64,000 bases of DNA from an uncultured virus (IMG/VR IMGVR_UViG_3300035698_010745). Taxonomy: Duplodnaviria; Heunggongvirae; Uroviricota; Caudoviricetes. The DNA is taken from IMG/VR virus record IMGVR_UViG_3300035698_010745; one strand, given 5' to 3'. Position numbers and translations under genes: made by a program. Of this stretch, positions 10,282 through 18,605 are shown piece by piece (position 1 is the first letter of the stretch; the number at the start of each line of letters is the position of its first letter). The notes under the pieces are model-generated. The model was not told the DNA's origin. It was given only the letters and a program-made list of their open reading frames with translations, and ran no database searches.

Positions 10282-13200
10282 TCACTGCACTTACGGACTT
10301 CCTGCTCTCGCTCGTGTGCCTGCATGCCGAGGTAGCACTTCTCACAGACATTCTTTCCGGGCAGAGCCTCGGCGTGGCTGCAATCTGTACACCACCGAAG
10401 TTCTGAGCTGTCGCCATCCTGGAGGTACGAGAGGACGTAATCCGCCGCCCGGCCACTGGCCCGGCTCCCATCCTTGTCACTGAGTTCAAACGGGGACTCA
10501 CAATCCACCTGCCAGCCGTCATCCTCCAACAATTTCCTGTCATTCGCGTCCATGCGGCCTTTTCCTTGTCCCCAATGCTTTCAAGCGTGACTGGAAATAC
10601 TCCAGGTCGCTAACTTTCGGGTTGAACACTTCGGCAGACAATTGGGATTCGGTCTTCCCCGCGTCGGCACCCTTCTGAATCACTTTTTCTTTCATTTCAC
10701 CGCCTCCAGCTTGCGATATTCTGCGATAGTTGCCCCACCATAGCCGTTAAGGTGAGCAACAAGACCCTTCCACCCCCGCTTCTTCATCCTTGCATTTGCC
10801 GGTGAAATGCTCCGCAAGCCGTACTTCCGGCCATCAAACATCACCATGCAAGGTGGCTTCAGTCTCGTGTTCATGGTGCACCCTTCAAATATGCCAGTCC
10901 ACGGTAAACGCTCGATGGGGCCGTGCCAACAATGAATGCCTGCAACTCCCCGGTCCACGTTCCTCCCTCAATCTGGTACGCAAACAAGGGGTAGTATGTC
11001 AGGGCCAAAACCTCAACGGCTCCAAACGCCTTCATCCGGGCCTCAATATCCGAGCACACGGCTTTCACCGCATTCACGGCCTCATGGTCCGTCCCGAAGG
11101 GGTTGGACATGACCAAGGATGACGGCGGGATGTGCCACAATTGCTCCTGGTTCACGGGCTCCACCCCATCGTTGTACTGGCACAAAATGGCGTGATGCCG
11201 GTCAACCGGGTCGAGGGTGCTATGGACAAGATGGCCCTTGTCGATGAACAGGTGCTCTCCGTCGTTTAGCCTGATGACTCTCATGTCAATCCACTCTCAA
11301 TGCGCCCGGCGTGTAGATGTAAGGTCCATCCGGGCAACACGTCACCCTGAAATTGTGAAACTTGCGCTCCCCAAACAGGGCAAACAGCATATCCCCCAGC
11401 TCGTCGTCCGTAACAGCCCCGGTATCCAAGGCCGCTTTGAGAACGGCTACCGCGTCATCCCGCTCAATCTCCATTGTTGAATATATGCCCATAATTATAC
11501 TCCGCTCCGTTATCCCCGGTCCTGGACTCTTTTCCGAGGGAAGTCGTCATCCTCCATCTTTCGCGTCGGTAAACTAAAGACAGCGCCCACGGTCATGTCC
11601 CACACTTTGTTGACTTCTTCCGGCGTGATGTTAGAAGCCTTGCCGTACTGGCACACGAGGTCCGTCAACTGTCCATCCCAATCCGGCTCCAGCCTCTGGG
11701 CCGTGTCTGTGATACTAACAACGAATAGTGCGCGTTCTCGTGTCATGCCATGTGCCTCGTTATGATTTCAGCCATCTCGCCGATACTCGTTTCATCCAGC
11801 GGCAACCCTATACCCACGATTTCCTCAGCAGCCGCCCTTGCATTCTTGTCTTCCACATCCTCAAACCACTCGATGTAGCCGGGAAACTGACTCAAGTCAG
11901 CCTCGGCAATCGGCTTCATCCCAATAGCCTGGAGTTCGGCTTCACGCTCTTTGAGCACGACCTGGACCGCATAGGAGTCACCTATACCGCCACACGTGTA
12001 CGGCTTGCGCAAAGCATCGGCCTCCGGGTTTACGCCTTTCGGGAATTCCAAGGATACAACATGGCCATAGTTGATTTCGGTTCTCCAATAGAACTTGCCC
12101 GTAGCCCTTGCCGCCTTCGATGCCTCACCCGTGTCAATGGTATAAACTCTGATTATTTTCGTACCTTTATGTCGGAGGAGCGCCTTGTTTGCGGCAAGCA
12201 CGTTCAAGACGTGCTGCTTCTTCAGGCCGGAATAGGACACGATAGCAGGCAACGTGGCACCGTTACTCGCCTTGAACAGCTTACAAATGGTTTCGTATAC
12301 GGGACCCCTCATAGCTTCGCCTCTGGCGGTAACGCAAGTATCTGCGCCACAGTCATCTTCTTGATGGATTCAACATCCTCGTGCGTTACCTTCGCGGCTC
12401 GTCCGTAGTCGCACACAACATCCTCAAACGACTCGCCCTCAAACGACTCGCCCTCGCCCGCCACCCTGAAGGCGATATTCATCAGGTCCAGGATAAAGAA
12501 AGCCCTCTCTCGTGTCGGTGTCATGCCGAACGACTCTCTACAAATTCCTGGTAGACCTCGGGGATATTCCATCCGAATGTCTTATCGTTGTCCGACACCC
12601 ACCGAAGGAATGCTTCCACTTCCTTACACTCAGCAACCGTCAGCTTTTCCTCAATATGGAACATATTGTCTTCGGGGACGAATGAACCGGAAGACCGGAC
12701 TGCATCCCGAATCATCGACAGAACCGAATCATTCAATCTCGTTGCGGTCATTATCTTGTTTCCCTTCGGATTCTGAGATTCATAGGTCCTCCGGCTTGAT
12801 TGCTTCCCGGCCCGGTTTCGCAGGCTTGGCCTTGATTGTGTGCTCGTGCCCCTTAGCGCCCCACCAGTACGCCGCGCTATCAGGTAAGCCATCTGTGTTC
12901 AAATGGGCAGGTACGGCCTCCTGGGGCGCGACAGCGGCCAACAGTGGGGCAGGCAGGCCCTTGGCCAACCGCCGAGCATTGGTCCGCAATATCCTGGCTT
13001 TCTTTCTAGGAAAGCGTTTCCGCAGCTTAACGTACCAAACCAGCTCTTCAGCCGTAAGAGGCGTCGGCGGATTGAAGGTGTTAGGATGAGGATGTCTCAT
13101 TTCCCCTCCGTCAAGACAAATGCCTTGGCCATCACAGCCGGTTCAGGATTGAATTCAAAGAAGGTTCTGTCACGAACGGAAGGGGTCAAGTCCCTTATCC

Positions 13201-14212
13201 ACTTCACGTACTTGTCCCTCTTGATACCACCGAGCGTCAACACCGCATCACGCATGGCGTCGTCATTGCACCTCCACCGTGGCCATCGTAAGCTGCAATA
13301 CTTCGTCGTAGGACTGAGCCGCAAGACACTTCGTGCTGTACTCCTTGGCCAAATCATTGTGCCCGGCCCGTTTCAGGGCCTTGCTCGTCTGGCCAATAAC
13401 GCTGAACACATTGCCATCCTGGCCTGTCAATTGCACAACCACATCTGTTTTTGGCATCGTTATTCTTCTCCCGGCCCTCACATACACCCATACATTGCCC
13501 CACAAGACCGGGATTCTGAATATTTTCCCGATTTCATTGGGCCAGCCCTCCCCACCCCGCTTGCTTCAGCGCTGACGGGCATCCGGGCGCAGCCGCCCTC
13601 GGTTGATGCTTGATTCCGTGCCAGATGCGACGACCCTCGGCCATGGACACGAACATGCCATCCTTACACCCCTGCCGGGCGAAATCGTCACAGCCACCCG
13701 TTGCGGCCACCAACTTCTCAAATCTATCACGGGCTTTCATGCGTATTCCCATTTCAGACGCTTGCATTTTCTAACCTGGGCCTGAACCCAAATCTGGCCT
13801 GCCGGGTCAAGGATATCAAAGCCGATACCCTCATCATCATTACCCGTCACATTACACTCATCCTGCCGCAACTGCCGCGCCCGTGTTTTCGCCGCATCAC
13901 CAGAGGCACACTGAAAACGAAATTCCTCACACCCCATGTTCTTGAGAACGAGCGTCCAGGTCCAGGTCTTGGCTTTCTGAGAAGGAGTCCGGGTAATCAT
14001 TCAGTGCCCCTACCCGCATCCACCCAGCGTTTGCGAGAGGTCACGGCCACGGGCATCAGCACCTCAGTCGTAGTCTGTACCGTGCGGAGAAACTTCAACC
14101 ACTCCCCTGCATTCTTCGGTGTGATAGGGTGATGCTTCAATAGCACATTAACCATCCGGTCTACCCGTGCACCCTCATCGTACCCTACCAGCTTATCCTC
14201 TGACTCAGCCAT
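10209..14212 (-). other. block of ~14 tightly packed small hypothetical phage genes
   Basis: Abutting or overlapping minus-strand ORFs (e.g. 10209-10553, 10871-11284, 11510-11746, 11743-12312, 12780-13100, 13263-13505, 13737-14000, 13997-14212), many with ATGA-type stop/start overlaps. Confidence 0.65.
13493..13519 (-). promoter_or_regulatory. class-1 phage promoter motif TCAGAAT-N14-GCAATG
   Basis: Exact match. Confidence 0.75.
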
Positions 14213-14243
14213 AACTCCTACCTCCGTCTCATACTATACCTAC

Positions 14244-14270
14244 CATTGCAACGCCGTGCTAAGATTCTGA
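14244..14270 (-). promoter_or_regulatory. class-1 phage promoter motif TCAGAAT-N14-GCAATG
   Basis: Exact match upstream of the ORF starting at 14212. Confidence 0.75.
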
Positions 14271-14367
14271 AAATAATCACAAGAAATACGTCAAGAAAGC
14301 AGCCCTGGAACAGGGTACAGAGAAGACCCTATATAGATATACGGGATTTCCGGGGGCGTGGATGTCA

Positions 14368-14389
14368 CAAAAGCCCTATAGATAAGGGC
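14368..14389 (-). terminator. putative terminator of the tRNA/ncRNA operon
   Basis: GCCCT-TATCTAT-AGGGC followed by TTTT, downstream of the last RNA gene. Confidence 0.4.
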
Positions 14390-14470
14390 AAAAGAGGAGG
14401 GGCCGAAATCTGGACGTAGTTGCAAATCCTATGTTTCGTATCTGCAAATCCCACGAAATGTGGGAAAAAT

Positions 14471-14741
14471 TGGCGGACGAGACGAGATTCGAACTCGCAA
14501 AACAGTGGCCATCGGCGTTTGGGAAACGGGTGACATGCGCTTATTACATTCACCTGGTGTAATCACTCTTCGCTTTCCACCAGGTCGCCACAGGCACTCT
14601 TTACAACCCTGCCAAATGAGCCTCTCGGGGACCGCAACAACGCTGCTATAATTACCCTGAGTACCCAGCCACCGTCCCGATTAGGGGAACCAGTGCATTC
14701 AACGTTTTTACTGGCGCATTTTTCCTCTCTGCCACTCGCCC
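14471..14741 (-). ncRNA. 271-nt tRNA-like RNA with giant variable-arm insertion and non-canonical anticodon loop
   Basis: Acceptor GGGCGAG/CTCGTCC+G-CCA; Ser-like D arm; stem CCAGT/ACTGG with a 15-nt loop; T arm GCGAG-TTCGAAT-CTCGT; ~190 nt between anticodon and T arms. Confidence 0.7.
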
Positions 14742-14825
14742 TGGTGCCGGGAGCGAGATTCGAACTCGCACGCCCGAAGGCCCCGAATTTTAAGTCCAGG
14801 TTGTCTGCCATTCCATCATCCCGGC
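14742..14825 (-). tRNA. tRNA-Leu(TAA)
   Basis: Cloverleaf with CTGGA-CT TAA AA-TTCGG, long variable arm, encoded CCA. Confidence 0.92.
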
Positions 14826-14847
14826 ATATTTTTAACTGAATACGACT

Positions 14848-14938
14848 TGGCGGAAGGAATGGGGGTCGAACCCATACGCCCTTTCGGGCAGCCAGATTTC
14901 AAATCTAGTGCCGCCGCCATCTATCGGCTGGTCCTTCC
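14848..14938 (-). tRNA. tRNA-Ser(TGA), atypical D-arm junction
   Basis: GGAAGGA/TCCTTCC acceptor, CTAGA-TT TGA AA-TCTGG, long variable arm, G73, CCA. Confidence 0.85.
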
Positions 14939-14946
14939 AAATATAC

Positions 14947-15033
14947 GACGAGTGCCTTAAACCACTCAGCCAACCGGCCCGAAGGCCAGTGTGGGATTCG
15001 GACCCACGAGGACACCGAAGTGCCCTACTCGTC
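14947..15033 (-). ncRNA. circularly permuted tRNA-Ser-like domain with UUCG-capped acceptor stem
   Basis: Order is GACGAG, variable arm, T arm, ACTGGCC-TTCG-GGCCGGT, D arm, CTCGTC. Confidence 0.75.
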
Positions 15034-15035
15034 TC

Positions 15036-15125
15036 TGGCGGAGAAGACAGGATTTGAACCTGCGGATGTTTTATCACCTCTCGCTTTCCAGGCGAGTGCC
15101 TTAAACCTGACTCAGCCACCTCTCC
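15036..15125 (-). tRNA. tRNA-Ser(GGA)
   Basis: CTCGC-CT GGA AA-GCGAG, long variable arm, G73, CCA. Confidence 0.92.
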
Positions 15126-15132
15126 AATTCGC

Positions 15133-15155
15133 TGGCGGAAGATATGGGACTTGAA
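15133..15155 (-). repeat. degenerate duplicate of the tRNA-Ser(CGA) 3' end
   Basis: TTCAAGTCCCATATCTTCCGCCA versus TTCAAATCCCTCCTCTTCCGCCA of the tRNA at 15933. Confidence 0.6.
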
Positions 15156-15163
15156 AATCATAA

Positions 15164-15189
15164 TTCTTTGATATTCAGTCTAAGGGTAG
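15164..15189 (+). promoter_or_regulatory. putative class-2 phage promoter TTCTTTGATA-N12-GTAG
   Basis: Immediately upstream of the AGGAGG RBS of the plus-strand endonuclease gene. Confidence 0.5.
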
Positions 15190-15198
15190 GAGGATGAT

Positions 15199-15876
15199 AT
15201 GCACCCGCTCTACACAGAAACCGAATTCAAAGCTGCCAAATCACGAAACAAACTACCACTTAAATGTTTTACTTGTGAGCAACCATTTTTGCTTAGCAAA
15301 AACAGAATACAATGCTCTCTTTCTCCCCACTCCAACGACAACGGAATGTTTTGCAGTAAGAAATGTACCGGCCTATATTTTATGCCAAATGTCGTATGCC
15401 TCCAGTGCTCAACCACCTTCCGAAAGAAGAGAACCCAAATCTCCAAATCTAAATCTGGCAATCATTTCTGTTCTCGTTCATGTGCTGCCATCTACAACAA
15501 TGCCCACAAGAAGCACGGGACCCGACGGTCAAAACTCGAAGCATGGCTTGAGGAACAACTCACCGCCATTTATCCCGACCTTGAATTTCATTTCAACCGC
15601 AAAGATGAGATTCTGTCAGAACTCGACATCTATATCCCTTCGCTCCGGTTGGCCTTCGAACTCAATGGCATTTATCACTACGAACCCATCTACGGTCAGG
15701 ACAAGCTCGATGCCATTCAATCTAACGACCATCGCAAGTTTGCTGCTTGCCATGAAGCGGGGATTAGCCTCTGCTCCATTGACACATCTCATCAAAAATA
15801 CTTCAAAGAGCAATCATCACGAAAATTCCTGAAGATTATCCAAAACATCATCGACTCTCGCTTGTCAGACTCTTAG
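15199..15876 (+). CDS. putative homing endonuclease (Zn-finger repeats plus a PD-(D/E)XK/Vsr-like domain)
   Basis: C..C...FCS..C repeats; ELDIYIPSLRLAFELNGIYHY motif; AT-richer than flanks; antisense within the tRNA array. Confidence 0.75.
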   Translation: MHPLYTETEFKAAKSRNKLPLKCFTCEQPFLLSKNRIQCSLSPHSNDNGMFCSKKCTGLYFMPNVVCLQCSTTFRKKRTQISKSKSGNHFCSRSCAAIYNNAHKKHGTRRSKLEAWLEEQLTAIYPDLEFHFNRKDEILSELDIYIPSLRLAFELNGIYHYEPIYGQDKLDAIQSNDHRKFAACHEAGISLCSIDTSHQKYFKEQSSRKFLKIIQNIIDSRLSDS

Positions 15877-15933
15877 CCAGTCTTTCGACTGTTTCTAGCC
15901 GGAACCACGTAGAGGTGGCCTGATACTCCGGCT
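15865..15933 (-). ncRNA. HDV-like (theta-type) self-cleaving ribozyme at the tRNA-Ser(CGA) 3' end
   Basis: P1 AGCCGGA/TCCGGCT, P2 TCAGGC/GTCTGA, P3 CAC-CTCTAC-GTG, P1.1 CT/AG, P4 CAGTC-GAAA-GACTG, J4/2 GCTAAGA. Confidence 0.8.
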
Positions 15934-16021
15934 GGCGGAAGAGGAGGGATTTGAACCCCCGTGCGCTTTCACGCGCCTCCGATTTCGAATCGGGCCGATT
16001 GCCAGGCTCTCGCACTCTTCC
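15933..16021 (-). tRNA. tRNA-Ser(CGA)
   Basis: CCGA-TT CGA AA-TCGG, long variable arm, G73, CCA. Confidence 0.88.
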
Positions 16022-16090
16022 ATAAGGAACACAGGGACTTTGGAACGCAGTCTTGCCCATATTCCTCGGCTCGCAAGCTAGGTACTCCTT

Positions 16091-16179
16091 TGGCGGAAGG
16101 GACAGGATTTGAACCTGCGTACGCTTTCACGCGCCTGGGATTAGCAATCCCGCCGATTACCCGGCTCTCGCACCCTTCC
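16091..16179 (-). tRNA. tRNA-Ser(GCT)
   Basis: GGGA-TT GCT AA-TCCC, long variable arm, G73, CCA. Confidence 0.88.
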
Positions 16180-16183
16180 AAGT

Positions 16184-16342
16184 TCGTCTCCACACCAATA
16201 GTCACAACGGGCTTTATCTGGTCCGGCGTGTCTGCCATTTCACCACCTCGGCCATAGGCCAAGGACAGGTTTCGAAACCTGCACGTCCTTTCGGACACCG
16301 GTTTTGGTAGAAGTATCCCACTGTTGAAGCGTGTTTCGACGA
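16184..16342 (-). ncRNA. yrlA: YrlA-like Y RNA with a permuted Leu-type tRNA domain
   Basis: Terminal TCGTC/GACGA stem with GTCGAA motif; internal order variable arm, T arm, looped acceptor stem CCTTGGCC-TAT-GGCCGAGG, D arm; scaffold shared with 18924-19056. Confidence 0.72.
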
Positions 16343-16427
16343 TGGCTGCTGGGACAGGTCTCGAACCTGCAAGCCCGAAGGCGGCACATTAACAGTGTGC
16401 TACGGCTACCAATTTCGTCACCCAGCA
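16343..16427 (-). tRNA. tRNA with Asn (GTT) anticodon and class-II long variable arm
   Basis: TGCTGGG/CCCAGCA acceptor, GCACA-CT GTT AA-TGTGC, GCC-TTCG-GGC variable hairpin, G73, CCA. Confidence 0.8.
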
Positions 16428-16431
16428 ATAA

Positions 16432-16606
16432 ATCATGGCAACCGATTCGGGCTTTTACCGCCCGGCGAGGCTTGACTCGGTAAACATCAAGCAAGGTTTC
16501 CATCCGGCTTTGGAAGCTACAAATGCCTTGTGGGCACCGGGCAAGGGCGAACCATTACCTGAACTCCACACAAGGTTCATCCGTCAGGGCTCCACCCCTC
16601 GGACAT
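16432..16606 (-). ncRNA. candidate structured ncRNA (multiple hairpins, possible loop-loop pseudoknots)
   Basis: Fills the spacer between the two Asn tRNAs; hairpins GCTTGAT/GTCAAGC, CGGGC/GCCCG and TTCCA/TGGAA; loop TTTACCG complementary to CGGTAAA. Confidence 0.45.
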
Positions 16607-16682
<76 letters not shown>

Positions 16683-16687
16683 ATCAA

Positions 16688-16761
16688 TGGAGGCGGGTAT
16701 CAGATTCGAACTGATGTGGATTGCTTTGCAGGCAATTACCTGGCCACTCGGACAACCCGCC
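16688..16761 (-). tRNA. tRNA-Cys(GCA)
   Basis: ATTGC-CT GCA AA-GCAAT, U73, CCA. Confidence 0.92.
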
Positions 16762-16781
16762 GTCTATTCAACTTTTCAAAT

Positions 16782-16864
16782 TGGTGGGCCGGGGAGGAAT
16801 TCGCACCTCCACAGAATAACGGGTGTTTTACAGACACTTGGGCTCACTCTTGCCCAGCCGACCC
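16782..16864 (-). tRNA. tRNA-Tyr(GTA), atypical T loop
   Basis: GTGT-CT GTA AA-ACAC; T loop TGCGAAT instead of TTCGAAT; CCA. Confidence 0.8.
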
Positions 16865-17005
16865 CTTTTCGTTCATATAACCATCTTCGCTCATAGCGTC
16901 CTCCTTGCGGCATGTCCGGCATGTCCGCTTTGCTCTGTGACGTTTCCACCACTTGTGCCAGCTCGTGCTGGCCTTCTGTTTCAACCTGCCTTTTCTGAAC
17001 CTCAT

Positions 17006-17094
17006 TGGTGCCGACGAGAAGACTCGAACTTCCACGGGATTTAACTCCCACTAGGCCCTCAACCTAGCGTGTCTACCAGTTCCACCACATCGGC
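17006..17094 (-). tRNA. tRNA-Leu(GAG)
   Basis: CTAGG-TT GAG GG-CCTAG, long variable arm, A73, CCA. Confidence 0.92.
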
Positions 17095-17100
17095 ATAATC

Positions 17101-17300
17101 AACGATTGAGCTGCGGGACACCACCATGTCCCACTATTTGGTGCTCTTTACAAAGACCAACCCGAAGGTCAGCGCGGCCAATCCACAGAAGGGCTATGCC
17201 CCGAACCCGTTACTTGCGACATGACTCGGTTTCCCGTTTACCATGCCACTCCCTCGGGGCCTGCCGGTCCCTGGTTTCGCGGTGGTGCCGCTCAATCGTC
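17101..17300 (-). ncRNA. candidate 200-nt multibranched structured ncRNA
   Basis: 11-bp terminal stem GACGATTGAGC/GCTCAATCGTT; nested stems GGCACCACC/GGTGGTGTC, GCCCCGA/TCGGGGC and GTGGCATG/CATGTCGC; GAAA, TTCG and GTAA tetraloops. Confidence 0.6.
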
Positions 17301-17321
17301 AAATCTCTTTCGTTCCTGCCT

Positions 17322-17410
17322 TGGTGCTGCGAGAGAGATTCGAACTCTCATGGGACTTTCGTCCTCTGGTTTTTGAGACCAGCGCCTCCGGCCAATTGGG
17401 CTACCGCAGC
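17322..17410 (-). tRNA. tRNA-Leu(CAA)
   Basis: CTGGT-CT CAA AA-ACCAG, long variable arm, A73, CCA. Confidence 0.9.
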
Positions 17411-18097
17411 CTTTCTCCATCTGGCTATAGTCGGGGGACTAACACCATGCTTCCTCGCCGAACCACGAACTCCAAGCTCTTTAACGTCATCTAGTATGAA
17501 ATCATCTGGAATCTTTCTCCTCTTTCTCCCAATGGACCCACAACATTTTATACACCTACCCGTCGACCTTTTTTCCCTCAGAGGCTTCCCACAACCTTCA
17601 CAAAAATAACTACCACCACGAAAAGCCTTTCTATTTCTTCCCGCAAACGTATCTTGTTGACTGTTACAGTTCGGACACAACATCCTCAAGTTTTCCACCC
17701 GATGGTCATTATTTACACCGTTAACGTGGTCAAGAACCATCACCAAGGTCTTTCCTCTCCACTGGGGTTCTTGCCCACACTCAAAACACCTATTCTCAAC
17801 TAGCCCCTCTTTCATAAGTCGCTTTTTGAGTGCAGATGTCCCCCGGTACTTACTATCTTTGACAAGTATTTCGCACAGAGGCTTCTTCTTTACCCATGTA
17901 CATCGTTTTCCTGAAAGATGCCCTTGCCCAGTCCAGTGCGTTGTGAGAAGTCCCAATCTCGCCACCGCCCAATGCACTGTCTTGTAGTTCGCACCAGTTG
18001 GACTCATCCCTAATTGCCTCAAGACGCCAGCAATTGAATGATTACCCACAACCGCAACGGTCATCCCATCGTCGCTCCAAGTTCTCTTGCTCGACAT
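17348..18097 (-). CDS. HNH homing endonuclease
   Basis: C..CG...W.G..LVMVLDHVNGVNNDHRVENLRMLCPNCNS motif; C-terminal HTH-like segment; reading frame runs into tRNA-Leu(CAA). Confidence 0.88.
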   Translation of the reverse strand: MSSKRTWSDDGMTVAVVGNHSIAGVLRQLGMSPTGANYKTVHWAVARLGLLTTHWTGQGHLSGKRCTWVKKKPLCEILVKDSKYRGTSALKKRLMKEGLVENRCFECGQEPQWRGKTLVMVLDHVNGVNNDHRVENLRMLCPNCNSQQDTFAGRNRKAFRGGSYFCEGCGKPLREKRSTGRCIKCCGSIGRKRRKIPDDFILDDVKELGVRGSARKHGVSPPTIARWRKAAVAQLAGGAGLKNQRTKVP

Positions 18098-18117
18098 GGT
18101 TTCTCCTTTTGTCGAGC

Positions 18118-18146
18118 ATTATGGCAGACTTGTACACCCATGTCAA
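18118..18146 (-). promoter_or_regulatory. sigma70-like promoter of the HNH gene
   Basis: TTGACA-N17-CATAAT upstream of AGGAG RBS. Confidence 0.65.
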
Positions 18147-18550
18147 CCATGTCTGCCAGTTCCATCACATCGGCAAAATCAATTCTCTATCGGAGTAGGG
18201 GGATTGTCATTCACACGTGGAACCACAACCCATATGTCCGGCTCACCCACAAACGTACTCGTCCAAAGCTGAACCAGTTTCGTATTCACAGGTGTAGCCC
18301 ACCACCCTATCCTATCAGTCGGTACGTATCCATTCCCCTTCGGAACAGAGCCAACCGCACGAACCTTGTCACTCATTTCCACCATTCCTTGTTCTCGGGC
18401 TTCCTGCCGCACTCCGCATGGATGGCCCTGGTCATCTTACATCCCTTGTACCGGGCGTACCAGGTCGCCGGGATATCCTCGCGTTTCAGGACAACGTCCT
18501 TACCACACGCACAACACTTCATTGTCTTTTCCGCATTCATCACACTCCTT

Positions 18551-18577
18551 CATTGCATACAAAGCCCAGCATTCTGA
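18551..18577 (-). promoter_or_regulatory. class-1 phage promoter motif inside the tRNA array
   Basis: Exact TCAGAAT-N14-GCAATG, followed by two small ORFs (~18373-18540 and 18179-18376). Confidence 0.75.
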
Positions 18578-18584
18578 CATCAAT

Positions 18585-18605
18585 TGGTGGTCGAGGCGAG
18601 ATTCG
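18585..18605 (-). repeat. duplicate of the tRNA-Leu(TAG) 3' end, carrying the CCA
   Basis: 18-bp exact direct repeat (18588-18605 = 18749-18766) plus CCA. Confidence 0.8.

Noticed and set aside
14471..14741. tmRNA or group I intron-containing tRNA
   Set aside because: It has a D stem and G73, I see no convincing tag ORF or group I core motifs, and the insert sits in the variable arm rather than the anticodon loop. Kept as an unknown tRNA-like RNA pending an Rfam search.
14848..14938. tRNA-Sec or opal suppressor
   Set aside because: Anticodon reads TGA (Ser, decoding TCA), not TCA, and the acceptor/T stems are 7/5 bp
17101..17300. RNase P RNA or 6S RNA
   Set aside because: Lacks the GAGGAAAGTCC and 3' AGAACCCGGCTTA-type signatures, and is multibranched rather than a rod with a central bubble
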